Shown in pieces: positions 30,787 through 40,804 of a stretch of DNA of 64,000 nt; position 1 is the stretch's first letter; every line of letters begins with the position of its first letter. Position numbers and translations under genes: made by a program. Under the pieces are notes generated by a model, which worked only from the letters and a program-made list of their open reading frames with translations, searched no databases and was not told the origin of the DNA. Location: positions 1 to 64,000 of the forward strand of contig OZ219866.1 in NCBI GenBank assembly GCA_964291675.2. The letters run 5' to 3'. Source of the stretch: Alphaproteobacteria bacterium. Its GTDB lineage: Bacteria; Pseudomonadota; Alphaproteobacteria; MPNO01.

Positions 30787-32088
30787 ATGACCGCTGTCAT
30801 CACAAAACCGGCCGACCTGATCGATCCGGGAGACATTCAGGCGCTGGTAGCCGAGAACGTGCCGGAAAGCGCTCAGATCGAATTCAAGGAAAGCCTGCCG
30901 GTAGGCAAGGGCAGTACCGATGCGTGGCTTAACGGCGGAAGCAGGATCGGCGAATACGCAAGAAACCGGATTTTGGAAGAGGTCGTGGCGTTCGCCAATG
31001 CCTATGGTGGCGCCCTGGTCCTCGGCATTGCGGAGAATCGCGCCAAACCGCCCGTCGCTGCGGCGGTAACGCCGCTGCCGCGCTGCACCGACCTGGCGGA
31101 GCGTTTCAGGCTGATGTTTCGCGATTGCGTCGAACCGCAACTCCCGACGCTGGATATCGTCCCCGTTCCGACGGACGGCGATAAGGGGGTCATCGTGTTC
31201 CGAACGGGCCGGTCACGTCTCGGTCCCCATCGCATTGCGTCCACGTTGGTGTGCCCGGTCCGGCGTGCCGACCGGTGCGAGGCACTGAGCATGCGGGAAA
31301 TCCGGGACATGACCCTCAATCTTGCGCACGGCACGGAACGGCTGGAACGCCAACTACGGGAGCGTTCCAGGAAATTCGAGGAGGAATTCAAACGTCTCGA
31401 GACCCCCGACGACGCTTTCGGGTTTCGCATGACGGCCATCCCCGTCGGCGATGAAGTTCGTTTCGGGGCTGTCTTTACCGGAGGCAGCCTACTTGAAGGA
31501 TTACGTCCGCCCCACGTCCAGGTCGGGCGCGGGTCAAACAACCGGGACTCCCGATTGCGCACCATTCGAAGCTTGCATGGCATGCACTTTCAAGACTGGC
31601 GACCGATGCTCCGGGCAGCGCGCGCGCAGGAAAGTCACGACTGGAATAGAAGAGTGACAAGACACGCTTACGCCGAAGTCCACGCCGACGGCCTATTGGA
31701 GTGGGGATTTGTCTCGAATCGTCTCGTCGGTGAGTTTCCTGACGATCCGGCGGAAACAAACTTCGACTCCGAAACGCCGATCTCGACGCTGGCTAGGCTT
31801 CTTGTTTGGGCGGACCGCGTGCGGCAGCAGGCATCGGCCCCGGGGGCGGAGTATGCGATTCAACCGCAGTTCAGGGTCACGGCGGACAGTATCAATGTTG
31901 GAGGCAACGACGACAAAATCGTTGTTGGGACGATCGAACGGAACGATACCGATTTTCCTTTGTACCCCTTGGAGGCGTCCGGCGACATCAGCAATACGGT
32001 TTCCCGCTTCGAGAGGGATTTCTGGAACTACTTCCGCCAAGATCCGGGTTGGAGGAGTCGCGAGCCATTGGCCATCACTCAGGCATGA
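30787..32088 (+). CDS. Schlafen/AlbA_2 domain protein
   Basis: ESAQIEFKE..VAFANAYGGALVLGIAE. Confidence 0.85.
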   Translation: MTAVITKPADLIDPGDIQALVAENVPESAQIEFKESLPVGKGSTDAWLNGGSRIGEYARNRILEEVVAFANAYGGALVLGIAENRAKPPVAAAVTPLPRCTDLAERFRLMFRDCVEPQLPTLDIVPVPTDGDKGVIVFRTGRSRLGPHRIASTLVCPVRRADRCEALSMREIRDMTLNLAHGTERLERQLRERSRKFEEEFKRLETPDDAFGFRMTAIPVGDEVRFGAVFTGGSLLEGLRPPHVQVGRGSNNRDSRLRTIRSLHGMHFQDWRPMLRAARAQESHDWNRRVTRHAYAEVHADGLLEWGFVSNRLVGEFPDDPAETNFDSETPISTLARLLVWADRVRQQASAPGAEYAIQPQFRVTADSINVGGNDDKIVVGTIERNDTDFPLYPLEASGDISNTVSRFERDFWNYFRQDPGWRSREPLAITQA

Positions 32089-32261
32089 CCGCCTGAGTTG
32101 CCCCGACCGCCGAATGCGCCCGGAGCCATCAGTCCGAGAAGCCGCTTCCGATCTAGAAGCGCCTCAACCGAGACTTGAAGTACCGGAGGATCGCGTTCTC
32201 CGGCTATCCGACAGCCTCAAAGCCGACATGGACACGCCGCCGGACGTTTCTCACGCAGTGT

Positions 32262-32430
32262 GATCTATGGCACTCCTTCGTCTCGTGGCCGCTCGCGCCC
32301 GGCGAAGGACTGCCGATCATCGGCCGGCTGCTCGGTCACATAAGGTGGAGCCACCGCGCTCTATACGCATCTCGCCCGCCACTCCCTGAGCTAATCTACC
32401 CAGCGCACCGCCTTGAACATCGCGGCCGAC
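32262..32430 (+). pseudogene. Degenerate integrase C-terminus
   Basis: DLWHSFVSWPLAPGEGLPIIGRLLGH versus DLRHSYASRALALGESLTMIGKLLGH. Confidence 0.7.
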
Positions 32431-32572
32431 ATTCTTTAAGCCTCTACTGTGCAGAACCGCGACCACTGGGCATGTACGAAGTCACGGTGCAATCTGCGTA
32501 ATCACGCACGCGCTTTGGAGTTTACCGCAACCATTTACGGCGCGCCCCTTCCCCATCTCAGCGGCATCCGGA

Positions 32573-34207
32573 CTACCGGATACGAAACCGATTCCGCAAC
32601 GCCAGCAACAACAAGAATAGCAGCGCCGTGGACCCGACCGTCTGCACAACTCCGAGAAATGATATTGCACTTGGCACCAATGCCACGCATCCATCGCCAA
32701 TACCATAAAGACTGGAATGAAATGACGGAATCCTGTCACCCAAACCGGAGAATGCTGGCAAACTTCGGTGGGTGGATAGTGCAAGCGCGGCTATCCAGGG
32801 CTCAACAAACTCAGACCCGGAGCACCTCCTCGACATGTCCATGCCATCCACATCAGGGCGGATCGTCAGATAGAGTGCCCAAAATGCAAGCAACCAGATC
32901 AGCCAGCACACAAGCGGACGAAATACCGACCGCCCAAAATCTGAAAGCAACTGATAGAGTACACCGAACCAGAAGAACGCATGCCAGGGTTTATCTGTAA
33001 TCCAGCGTGAGGTCAGCATCTCCTCTCGAAAAAAAAACAGCTCACGCTGATGATCGTGACCTTGGGTTGCAAGCCGCTTCAAGGTTCGCCAGCGTACTCC
33101 CAGTTCTCTCCTTTGTTGTTTCAGCTCCTGCCATTTTTCTCCGGCATCTGCATTGGAATTTCTTTTGAATGCGTTCGAGAGCGCAGCACGGAACAGCCCG
33201 TTCTCATTCCGTGCCTGAATTTCAAAATTGTCCAAACGAGGAGCTTCCACAAAGGTCGCCTGGTCAAAGTTCGGCACGTCCGAAAAGGAGGCATTGGCCA
33301 TGGTGAAGGCTGATCGTGCCTCAACTGCCTGAAAGCTCACACGACCTCGATACTTTGTATGGTCGAATATCGCATATCTCCCAAAGCGCGCAGCAGAGAA
33401 CGCTGCGTCCCCCTCGAAGGTGCAATATTCAAACCGAGCTCCACCTTTGAAGAAGGCATTGTTGAACCGGGCCATTTGCTGAAATACCACCCTTGCGAAC
33501 CAAGCCTCGCCATCGAAGATTGCACTTTCGAACCGAACCGCACCGCTGAACGACCCAAAACTTGCGTCACCTCCAAAATGGGCATGCATGAAGAAGCTCT
33601 GATCTTCAAGTCTTGCTTCACGATAGTGGACATTTCCCTTGAAATAGGCATTCTCAAACGTAACGCCATCCTTGAACGATGCATCAAAGTATGAGTCAAT
33701 TCCCTTGCATGAAATGGAATGGAACATGGCATAGTTGTGGAAAGTCGATTCTTGAAAAAACACAATTCCCCGGAATGATGACTTGCTAAAATTGGTTGTT
33801 CCTTTGTGGTCTGTTTTCCTGAAGTCTGCGGTGCTTCGAAATGTCGACTTTCCAAAGTGTGCATCACCTTCAAAACTAGCTTCTTCAAACCACGTATCCT
33901 GACCAAAATCAGTCCCAATAAAACATATCTCGTTCTTGAACACCGCCTGCTTGAACTTGGCCTCTGCCTCGAATTTAGTATCAATAAACCATGAGTTTCC
34001 TGAAAAAACTGTACCGGAGAAATTGGCAGGACCAGGAAACGTAAATCCCGAGAACTCAGCGTTTCCGAACACATGGAAAGAAAAATCGACGCTTGCCTCT
34101 TTCTTCCACTCATCACTATCCTTCTGCCGTGCAAGAAGGTCCGTGGCCCAAGCGTTCCACGAATCCCTTCCTTGACGGTACAATGCCAGCGATTGGTCCT
34201 TGTTCAT
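32573..34207 (-). CDS. Pentapeptide-repeat protein with C-terminal membrane domain
   Basis: Many AxFxxAxF repeats; LYQLLSDFGRSVFRP; TM helices; LLALRNRFR terminus. Confidence 0.85.
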   Translation of the reverse strand: MNKDQSLALYRQGRDSWNAWATDLLARQKDSDEWKKEASVDFSFHVFGNAEFSGFTFPGPANFSGTVFSGNSWFIDTKFEAEAKFKQAVFKNEICFIGTDFGQDTWFEEASFEGDAHFGKSTFRSTADFRKTDHKGTTNFSKSSFRGIVFFQESTFHNYAMFHSISCKGIDSYFDASFKDGVTFENAYFKGNVHYREARLEDQSFFMHAHFGGDASFGSFSGAVRFESAIFDGEAWFARVVFQQMARFNNAFFKGGARFEYCTFEGDAAFSAARFGRYAIFDHTKYRGRVSFQAVEARSAFTMANASFSDVPNFDQATFVEAPRLDNFEIQARNENGLFRAALSNAFKRNSNADAGEKWQELKQQRRELGVRWRTLKRLATQGHDHQRELFFFREEMLTSRWITDKPWHAFFWFGVLYQLLSDFGRSVFRPLVCWLIWLLAFWALYLTIRPDVDGMDMSRRCSGSEFVEPWIAALALSTHRSLPAFSGLGDRIPSFHSSLYGIGDGCVALVPSAISFLGVVQTVGSTALLFLLLLALRNRFRIR

Positions 34208-34329
34208 ACGCTCAACTCTGCGGCAACTTCATCGTCAAGGGCTTGTAGGGATTGGTCTTGGCCTCAATGACTCTTGTCTCTGAGATTTACCAAGCTGCGA
34301 CTTTCTATTCATCCCTAACGGTTGCGACA

Positions 34330-34830
34330 AGGCTTCATGATCCGGGATCCCAGTGTCCCACCCGTAGGCCGCAGCGTCGAGCGTTACATGCGCGTCGGCG
34401 AGCCATTGGGGGCGGGCATTGTAGAGATTCGTCAACGTGCCGGCCTTGAGTTCCTTAGTTGTCCTCTCGTCGCGGCGACGGGGCGCTTGGAGTAGCCCGG
34501 TACCGGCTCGTCCACCCACACCACCCATTCGGGCGGGTTGGGCCAGCGGTCGCGCACTTCGACCAGCCGCCGCGCGGCGTTGGCGACGGCGCGGGGATCG
34601 CCGGCGTAGTCGGCCGCCGGGATAGTGGGGGAGACGCCGTCCGGGAAGGGGAAGGTCTCGAAGGTCGTGGTCCGCGTGTAGCGCGGATCGTTGCCCTTGC
34701 CGAGCCACGTCCCCAGCCGCAGCGACCATGCCTCGTGAAACCGGCTGTGGAGTATGCCGAAGGTGGTGTCGTCGTCGCGCGCTACGACGATGAGCTGATG
34801 GTCCGGACAGATCCGCCAGGGTCTCGATGC
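34330..34830 (-). pseudogene. Type IIL (MmeI-like) restriction-modification C-terminal fragment
   Basis: DHQLIVVARDDDTTFGILHSRFHEAW..GNDPRYT..TFETFPFP; LTNLYNARPQWL in another frame. Confidence 0.75.
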
Positions 34831-34843
34831 CGTCGGGACGGAC

Positions 34844-35668
34844 TTGCGAGCGGCCATTCCCGATATTGGGGTGCAGGCGACGGATCCATCCGCGACGGAT
34901 GCGCTGCAGCTGACCCTGGCGCTGGACGGATGTCGCATCAAGATCGAGGTCTCTCCGGTCTCGCGCGGCACGGTGTGGCCCACCGAGATGCGGGAGGTTG
35001 TCGCGACGGTCGAAGAGAGCCTCGGCTACTCCGAGAACCGGTTCCTGTCGTTCAACGATGTCTATGCAGGCGCGTCCCGCTCCGTCCTCGCCATGACCCA
35101 CGGTCTTCACGACTTCAGTGATCTTTCTCCGACCCGGGAACGCAAACAACTCGAAAACGACCTGCGCAGTCAATATGACGAGTATTTCAACGAGGATCGG
35201 GGCGAGTGGGATGCCGACCCCGTCTACACGGCGGAGGAAGCAAATCGGGAAGCCAACCCTCACCATCGCTACCGACTTTTCACCTTCAGTAATTTCCTTA
35301 CCACCCTCGACATGGTCTCAAAATTTCAGGACACCATCGAAGAAATCCTCGCTGACGCCCATGCGGGGTCGGTCCTCCTCATGATTGGCGCCACGGGCGG
35401 TTGCTACCCAACGATCCGAGAGCGTGTTGCCAAGTTGGCGGAGGTCGGTCGTTTTCGACATCACCACGGCATCTCCGCCCAGGCAGGCGCAGATGAGACG
35501 TTCGAGCAACGGTTACGCGAAGAAATCCGCTCTTTCTACCACCGTCTCAAGCGATTGGCAGTCGACTTGCCCGCAAATGGACCAGTTGGCGCCAAGCTCC
35601 AAAGCGAACTGGAAAACCATCGTCCGATGACGTTCAATAGCAGCACAGTCCTTGCATTTCGGAAGTGA
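34844..35668 (+). pseudogene. Chimera: AbiEii-type nucleotidyltransferase fragment joined to an unrelated C-terminus
   Basis: IKIEVSPVSRGTV..LSFNDVYAG, then an abrupt change in sequence character. Confidence 0.5.
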
Positions 35669-35789
35669 TTCGGATTGCAGTTCATCGAATCGGCACGGCC
35701 CAATCCAAATGCGCTCCTTTCTCTGTCCAACCACATCGTGTCGTGATACACTGTCGGACGATCCATCCTATTGACCGACGATTACTCAC

Positions 35790-36416
35790 ATGACGCCCGC
35801 GCTCACGACGTCTCAGAAAGATCGGGCTGTCGCCCTTCTCAAGGTCCACGGCCCCATGCGTGGCATCGAGCTCAGCGACGCCGGCATCCACCCGGAAACC
35901 CTCGCGCGCATGCTCAAGGACCAGACCCTCACCCGCGTCACCCGCGGCCTCTACCAGCTCGCCGATGCCGAAGTGACGGCACCCCACAACCTCGCCGAGG
36001 TTGCGAAGCTGGTACCCCAAGGCGTTATCTGCCTCGTCTCCGCCCTTCAGTTCCACGAACTCACGCTCCAGATGCCCGGCCGGGTCTGGCTTGCCATAGC
36101 TTCAAGAGCGCGAAAGCCGAAGTTCCACTATCCCCCGACCCGAGTCGTGCGGTTTGGCCCGCGGGCCCTTTCCCTCGGCGTGCAGACTCACACCGTCGAC
36201 GGCGTGTCCGTGCCCATTTTCGATCCAGCCAAGACGGTCGTCGATTGTTTTCGGTTCAGACAGCACGTTGGTCTCGATGTCGCGCTCGAAGGTCTCCACA
36301 ACGTCGTGAGGTCCGGTAAGGCCAAACCGGCGCAGATCGTTGACTACGCCCGCGATATCCGCATCTGGTCCGTCCTCCGGCCCTATCTGGAAACGGTGGT
36401 CGCCGATGGCGCGTGA
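35790..36416 (+). CDS. abiEi: Type IV TA antitoxin AbiEi
   Basis: RVTRGLYQL..GVICLVSALQFHELT..AKTVVDCFRFR..GLDVALE. Confidence 0.9.
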   Translation: MTPALTTSQKDRAVALLKVHGPMRGIELSDAGIHPETLARMLKDQTLTRVTRGLYQLADAEVTAPHNLAEVAKLVPQGVICLVSALQFHELTLQMPGRVWLAIASRARKPKFHYPPTRVVRFGPRALSLGVQTHTVDGVSVPIFDPAKTVVDCFRFRQHVGLDVALEGLHNVVRSGKAKPAQIVDYARDIRIWSVLRPYLETVVADGA

Positions 36417-37329
36417 ACCGAAAAATGTCGCAGCGTCAGTACGCGCGCAGCTGCAAAACCTCGCCAGGGAGCAACAGGCCAATTTCCAGCGCGTGCTTAC
36501 CCGATACGCTCTCGAAAGGTTTCTCTTCCGACTCAGCGTCTCGCCTCACAAGGAGCTCTTCGTCCTCAAGGGCGCCATGCTCTACGCCGCATGGCTCGAA
36601 GATCCGTTCCGCACGACCCGCGACCTCGACCTGCTCTCCCTCGTCGACCGCGAGACGACGCCCCTCCTTGAGACAATTCGCGACGTCTGCGCTCAGCCAG
36701 TCGCGGACGACGGATTGCGCTTCGATACCGAGAACATCTTCGCAGCGCCGTTTGACGAGGAACGCACCCATGGCGCCTTTCGGGTCCGCACCTCGGCCCA
36801 ACTCGGAACCGCCATTGCCCCGGTCCAAATCGATGTCGGTTTCGGAGACACCGTCACCCCTGGCCCTCTGGAGCTCGAGTATCCCGTCCTTCTCGATCAG
36901 CCGACGCCCACCCTCTACGCGTACCCACGAGAAACCGTGGCCGCCGAGAAGTTCGAAGCCATCGTTGCACTCGACCTCGCGAACAGCCGCATGAAGGACT
37001 TCTACGACGTTCTCGCGATGTCGCGGCTCTTCTCGTTCGATGGAATGACCCTCGCCGCCGCGATTCGGGCTACCTTTGAAACGCGTGGGACCACCATTCC
37101 ACACGAACGCCCTCCGCCCCTCACGCACGCATTCTCGGACGACCCCCAAAAGCTCCGGCAATGGCGATCGTTTCTCACCCGAGACCCGCTGTTGATCGAC
37201 GAACCTGACCTGCGCACCGTCATTCGTGAAGTCGGGGACTTCATCATGCCGGCAGCCCTCGCGGCCCTCGATGATCGCCACATCGCTGGACAGTGGACGT
37301 CCGACAGCGGTTGGGGGCTGGCCACATGA
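36406..37329 (+). CDS. abiEii: Type IV TA toxin AbiEii (nucleotidyltransferase)
   Basis: FVLKGAML..RTTRDLD..IDVGFGD..EKFEA..NSRMKDFYD. Confidence 0.92.
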   Translation: MAREPKNVAASVRAQLQNLAREQQANFQRVLTRYALERFLFRLSVSPHKELFVLKGAMLYAAWLEDPFRTTRDLDLLSLVDRETTPLLETIRDVCAQPVADDGLRFDTENIFAAPFDEERTHGAFRVRTSAQLGTAIAPVQIDVGFGDTVTPGPLELEYPVLLDQPTPTLYAYPRETVAAEKFEAIVALDLANSRMKDFYDVLAMSRLFSFDGMTLAAAIRATFETRGTTIPHERPPPLTHAFSDDPQKLRQWRSFLTRDPLLIDEPDLRTVIREVGDFIMPAALAALDDRHIAGQWTSDSGWGLAT

Positions 37330-37480
37330 CCGCGCCGAATTGGGATGCCATTTTCATCAGCCGCACCAACCCGGAGGATAACGCATTTGCCTTCTGGCTC
37401 GGGGCGCGCTTGATGGCGGCCGGGTACGAGCTCCAGGCAGGCGTGCTCAAACAACGCGGCGGCCAAGCCTGGCAATGCTT
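37326..37480 (+). pseudogene. TIR-domain N-terminal fragment
   Basis: AIFISRTNPEDNAFAFWLGARLMAAGYE..GGQAW resembles a TIR_2 start; coupled to the abiEii stop. Confidence 0.55.
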
Positions 37481-37573
37481 GCTAGGGGCGCGGCCACTCC
37501 AGTACTCCGCTCAGCAAACGGAATGGGCGAGAAGCCGCTTGCCGATCCCTTCCTCCAGGAAACGACCTCACGA

Positions 37574-39772
37574 TCAATTCTCCTCCTCCCCTCTACTGCC
37601 GCGATCATCTGCTTCACAAAATCGTCTAGCACCGACTAGCACCGCGTCTATCCGCCGACGCTCGTCCTCCGTCAGCTTCGGATCATTACAATGCTTCATC
37701 CCTGCATCAACAAGATCATCAAGCTGATACCACCTCGCGTCAGGCCGCTCCTCCATAGAATAGTGCCGCCCGGTTTCGTCAACGCTATAAGCCACTAGTC
37801 CCTTACACACCTTTGCCATAAACGTTGCGTTGTCCGCCATACCCTCTGTTAGCCAAGTCTTCGCCGCTTCGCAATCCGATAAGTGACTCCAGCATCTAAC
37901 GATGTTGTAGTAAAATGGAGCGTCCGCGAGAGTATTTTCCTTGTAACCCGCATCAATTCTTTTCATGAGCAGCTGACCAATTGCTTCGAAGTCCTCTTTT
38001 GAAATACACGCTTCATCTCGCGGTGGGTTGCCAAAAACACCAAGTTCCTCGCCCCGCGACACGTAGATGTCAGCGAGGAAGCTGGGCGATCCCTCCCTCT
38101 CAAATGCTTCAATCAAAAACTGACCTGATTTTCTAATTCCCCATTGCTTCAAAATATCGTAAATCAGAAATCCGATCATCGATCGCGGCGGCAACTCCAT
38201 CATGCTGAACACTTGATCAACAGATATTACCTCTTCGCCAACGCGAAACAACGCATACAGTATTGCTGACGTCCCCCGCATTGGGCTCCTTCCGGAGTAC
38301 TGCACTCGCAGCTCGTGAAGCACCTTTGAGATCATCGGCACTCCACGGCTGTCAGACATCACCAGATACCCTCGGAGTATCTTTTCGATGTCCTCGACAT
38401 TGGCCTCCGGGGACACCAAATCGCCGATATCTGCCAACCTAACCGCATCCGCTGATGGGTGCAGACCAAAATAACTGTCGTAGCCGGCCTCGCAACCGAT
38501 GCCTCTTCTTCTCTCCACCTCGTCATAGGCGTCTGCCCCGAACGACGCATCGCTGTCAGACCACTTTGCCAATTGCGGGAATAGGACCGTGATCACCCCT
38601 AGCACTTGCGAATATTCTCCTTCTGGAACTCTTCGCTTCAGATCTTCGACGACTTGTTCCCTCACACCATCGTCAGCGAGCTGAAAACGGCCTTCGTTGA
38701 ATAGGAAGTTTCGATTGTCACGAAGCCACGAAAACGCTTCCGCGTCAAACAATCGCACTCCCTCCATCCCAAGCATATCTTGCGGATCAATCTCATTGCA
38801 CAGTGCCGGCCACGCAAATTTGACTGCGTTCGATAACCGTACGACGTCACGAGGTGACTTCACCCATCGATGCACACCGTCCCGTAACAACAACTGCCAA
38901 CGAAACGAATTTTCTGTTTGGCGCACCAAAAACGCTGTTTCTCGATCAAGCATTCTCAGCAGTGTATTCTTCGGCGGTTGAGGCAGTTCCAATTCCTGTT
39001 GAATTATCTTTTCACCAAACGACGGTCCCGTACCGGCAGCATCGCTGTCCAGAACGTTCCACACAATCTTGCGGTCATAGGATAGCAAGTAAATTACGTT
39101 GGGAAGTTGGCCAATGCTCTTTACCATTTTGAAAATTAGCTTTACTTCAGCGTCCTCTAACCGATCAATATCGTCAATGGTGACAAGAAATCGTTTGTCG
39201 CTATTTCTTAGTAATTCCCTTAAGTTTTCGTAGGCCTTTTGCAAAGAGGGCTCTTCCACGAAACGGTCAATCACGGAACCAAGAGATTTCTTGGCAACGC
39301 GTCCAGCGACGCGGGACATCACTCCTGCGCTGGGATCTATCGTGATTGCAACAGTCGCCGCGGCGTCTACCAACCCGTTAGAAGCATCTGACACAGCGTT
39401 ACGATTTCGCTCAAGCCATCTTCGGCTTCTAGATTTCTTTGGCCCAAGATATTCTGACAACACCTTAAAGAATGCCGCAATCAGATCATGATGTCCTGTT
39501 ACAAGCCAAGGTCGGAAATCAATATGTACAAGCGGGCTTTCACCGCTTTCTTTGTTGAATCTGTGAATGTACTCTATCACGAAGTTTAGAATTGTAGATT
39601 TGCCAGCGCCCCATGCACCGTGAATACCGATGACGTAGCCATTTGGTGCCTCTAGGGCAACGACTGTTCTTGCAATGCTCTCGGCGAACTGTGCATAGCC
39701 AAGTCGATCATCTTCAGGCATTAGCTTTGGTGCATCATCGCCCAATATAAAATTGAATTCCGTGTTCGTCAT
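37574..39772 (-). CDS. KAP-family P-loop NTPase
   Basis: DRLG, IHGAWGAGKST, FRPW, TIDDIDRL, EKIIQ, SPRDVVR. Confidence 0.92.
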   Translation of the reverse strand: MTNTEFNFILGDDAPKLMPEDDRLGYAQFAESIARTVVALEAPNGYVIGIHGAWGAGKSTILNFVIEYIHRFNKESGESPLVHIDFRPWLVTGHHDLIAAFFKVLSEYLGPKKSRSRRWLERNRNAVSDASNGLVDAAATVAITIDPSAGVMSRVAGRVAKKSLGSVIDRFVEEPSLQKAYENLRELLRNSDKRFLVTIDDIDRLEDAEVKLIFKMVKSIGQLPNVIYLLSYDRKIVWNVLDSDAAGTGPSFGEKIIQQELELPQPPKNTLLRMLDRETAFLVRQTENSFRWQLLLRDGVHRWVKSPRDVVRLSNAVKFAWPALCNEIDPQDMLGMEGVRLFDAEAFSWLRDNRNFLFNEGRFQLADDGVREQVVEDLKRRVPEGEYSQVLGVITVLFPQLAKWSDSDASFGADAYDEVERRRGIGCEAGYDSYFGLHPSADAVRLADIGDLVSPEANVEDIEKILRGYLVMSDSRGVPMISKVLHELRVQYSGRSPMRGTSAILYALFRVGEEVISVDQVFSMMELPPRSMIGFLIYDILKQWGIRKSGQFLIEAFEREGSPSFLADIYVSRGEELGVFGNPPRDEACISKEDFEAIGQLLMKRIDAGYKENTLADAPFYYNIVRCWSHLSDCEAAKTWLTEGMADNATFMAKVCKGLVAYSVDETGRHYSMEERPDARWYQLDDLVDAGMKHCNDPKLTEDERRRIDAVLVGARRFCEADDRGSRGEEEN

Positions 39773-40041
39773 TGTGACATGTCTACCTGATCGTCCCTAT
39801 GTATTGATCCAACTTCATAGTTCGTGCATCTCACAGCGGAATACCACCGGAAGTCTGTTGAGTGCCCAATCTCGGGTATGCGTCGCTCAAAGTCCTTGGT
39901 CCCCTTATTCAGCGATTGTCATCACATAGGAATCCGCCGATTTCAACCCAACGTCTCTTGTCACCGTTCCCCGCGTTCCTTCGGCCCGAAAGGAGAGCCA
40001 AGGGATCTTACAAGTACCACGAAATTTATCCCTTCGGGAAT

Positions 40042-40203
40042 TCAAACCTCGCGAACTTTAGAAGCGGCGCTACGTAGAATCGTCGGGCTGGAGCGAAACT
40101 CAGCTCTGTCGTAGTGAATCTTCACCCGCGCGTCGGACAGGAAGAGCTGGAGAATGACATCGGCGAGCGGCGGTGAGACGGCGGTACTTGTGTTCGGGTC
40201 CAT
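40042..40203 (-). CDS. 53-aa ORF directly after hxsA (possibly a truncated gene)
   Basis: ATG 3 nt after the hxsA stop; MDPNTSTAVSPPLADVILQLFLSDARVKIHYD... Confidence 0.3.
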   Translation of the reverse strand: MDPNTSTAVSPPLADVILQLFLSDARVKIHYDRAEFRSSPTILRSAASKVREV

Positions 40204-40206
40204 TCC

Positions 40207-40779
40207 TCAAGGAATGGATATTCCAAGCCTCGTGAGCGTCGCGATGTCCATGCGCCCGGTTTGCGGAATCCCCTCGGATCGCTGAAAGGCCTTCAGCGCG
40301 GCGCGAGTCTTGGGCCCCAGCAGGCCATCGATATCCCCGTTGTAGAGGCCTCGACGCATCAGGGCCGCCTGAACCCGGACCACCATTGTCGACACGTCCT
40401 GCGGGGTCGCTTTGGGAATCGTCCGCTCGATCCGCGGCGCAGCCTTGGGAATCACCGACGGGGCCGGGCTCGACGGCGGTGACTGATATTGCGGTTGTGG
40501 CGCCGGCGCGGAAGGGGCCTGTCGCACTCCGCCGCTGCTCGACCGGTGACTCCGGTGACTGCCGTGGGAACTATGGCTCCTGTGCGCCGCATACCGGTCC
40601 TCGGCCGTCGCATTCAGCGTATTCGGCAATAGGACCGGCGCCCTGTCGGGATTGCCAGACGCCTCCAAGTCTTCGCCAATTGCGGCGGCGGTATTGGCTC
40701 CCAACGCCGCCGTCGTCATGCCCCCAGCTGCCAGTGCTGGCCCACGCAGAAGCCGCCAAACCCTACCGCGCCATGTCAT
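40207..40779 (-). CDS. hxsA: His-Xaa-Ser repeat precursor with C-terminal peptidoglycan-binding domain
   Basis: AHRSHSSHGSHRSHRSS; VQAALMRRGLYNGDIDGLLGPKTRAALKAFQ; signal-like N-terminus. Confidence 0.88.
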   Translation of the reverse strand: MTWRGRVWRLLRGPALAAGGMTTAALGANTAAAIGEDLEASGNPDRAPVLLPNTLNATAEDRYAAHRSHSSHGSHRSHRSSSGGVRQAPSAPAPQPQYQSPPSSPAPSVIPKAAPRIERTIPKATPQDVSTMVVRVQAALMRRGLYNGDIDGLLGPKTRAALKAFQRSEGIPQTGRMDIATLTRLGISIP

Positions 40780-40804
40780 GTATGTTGTCCCTCACCGTCT
40801 AGCC

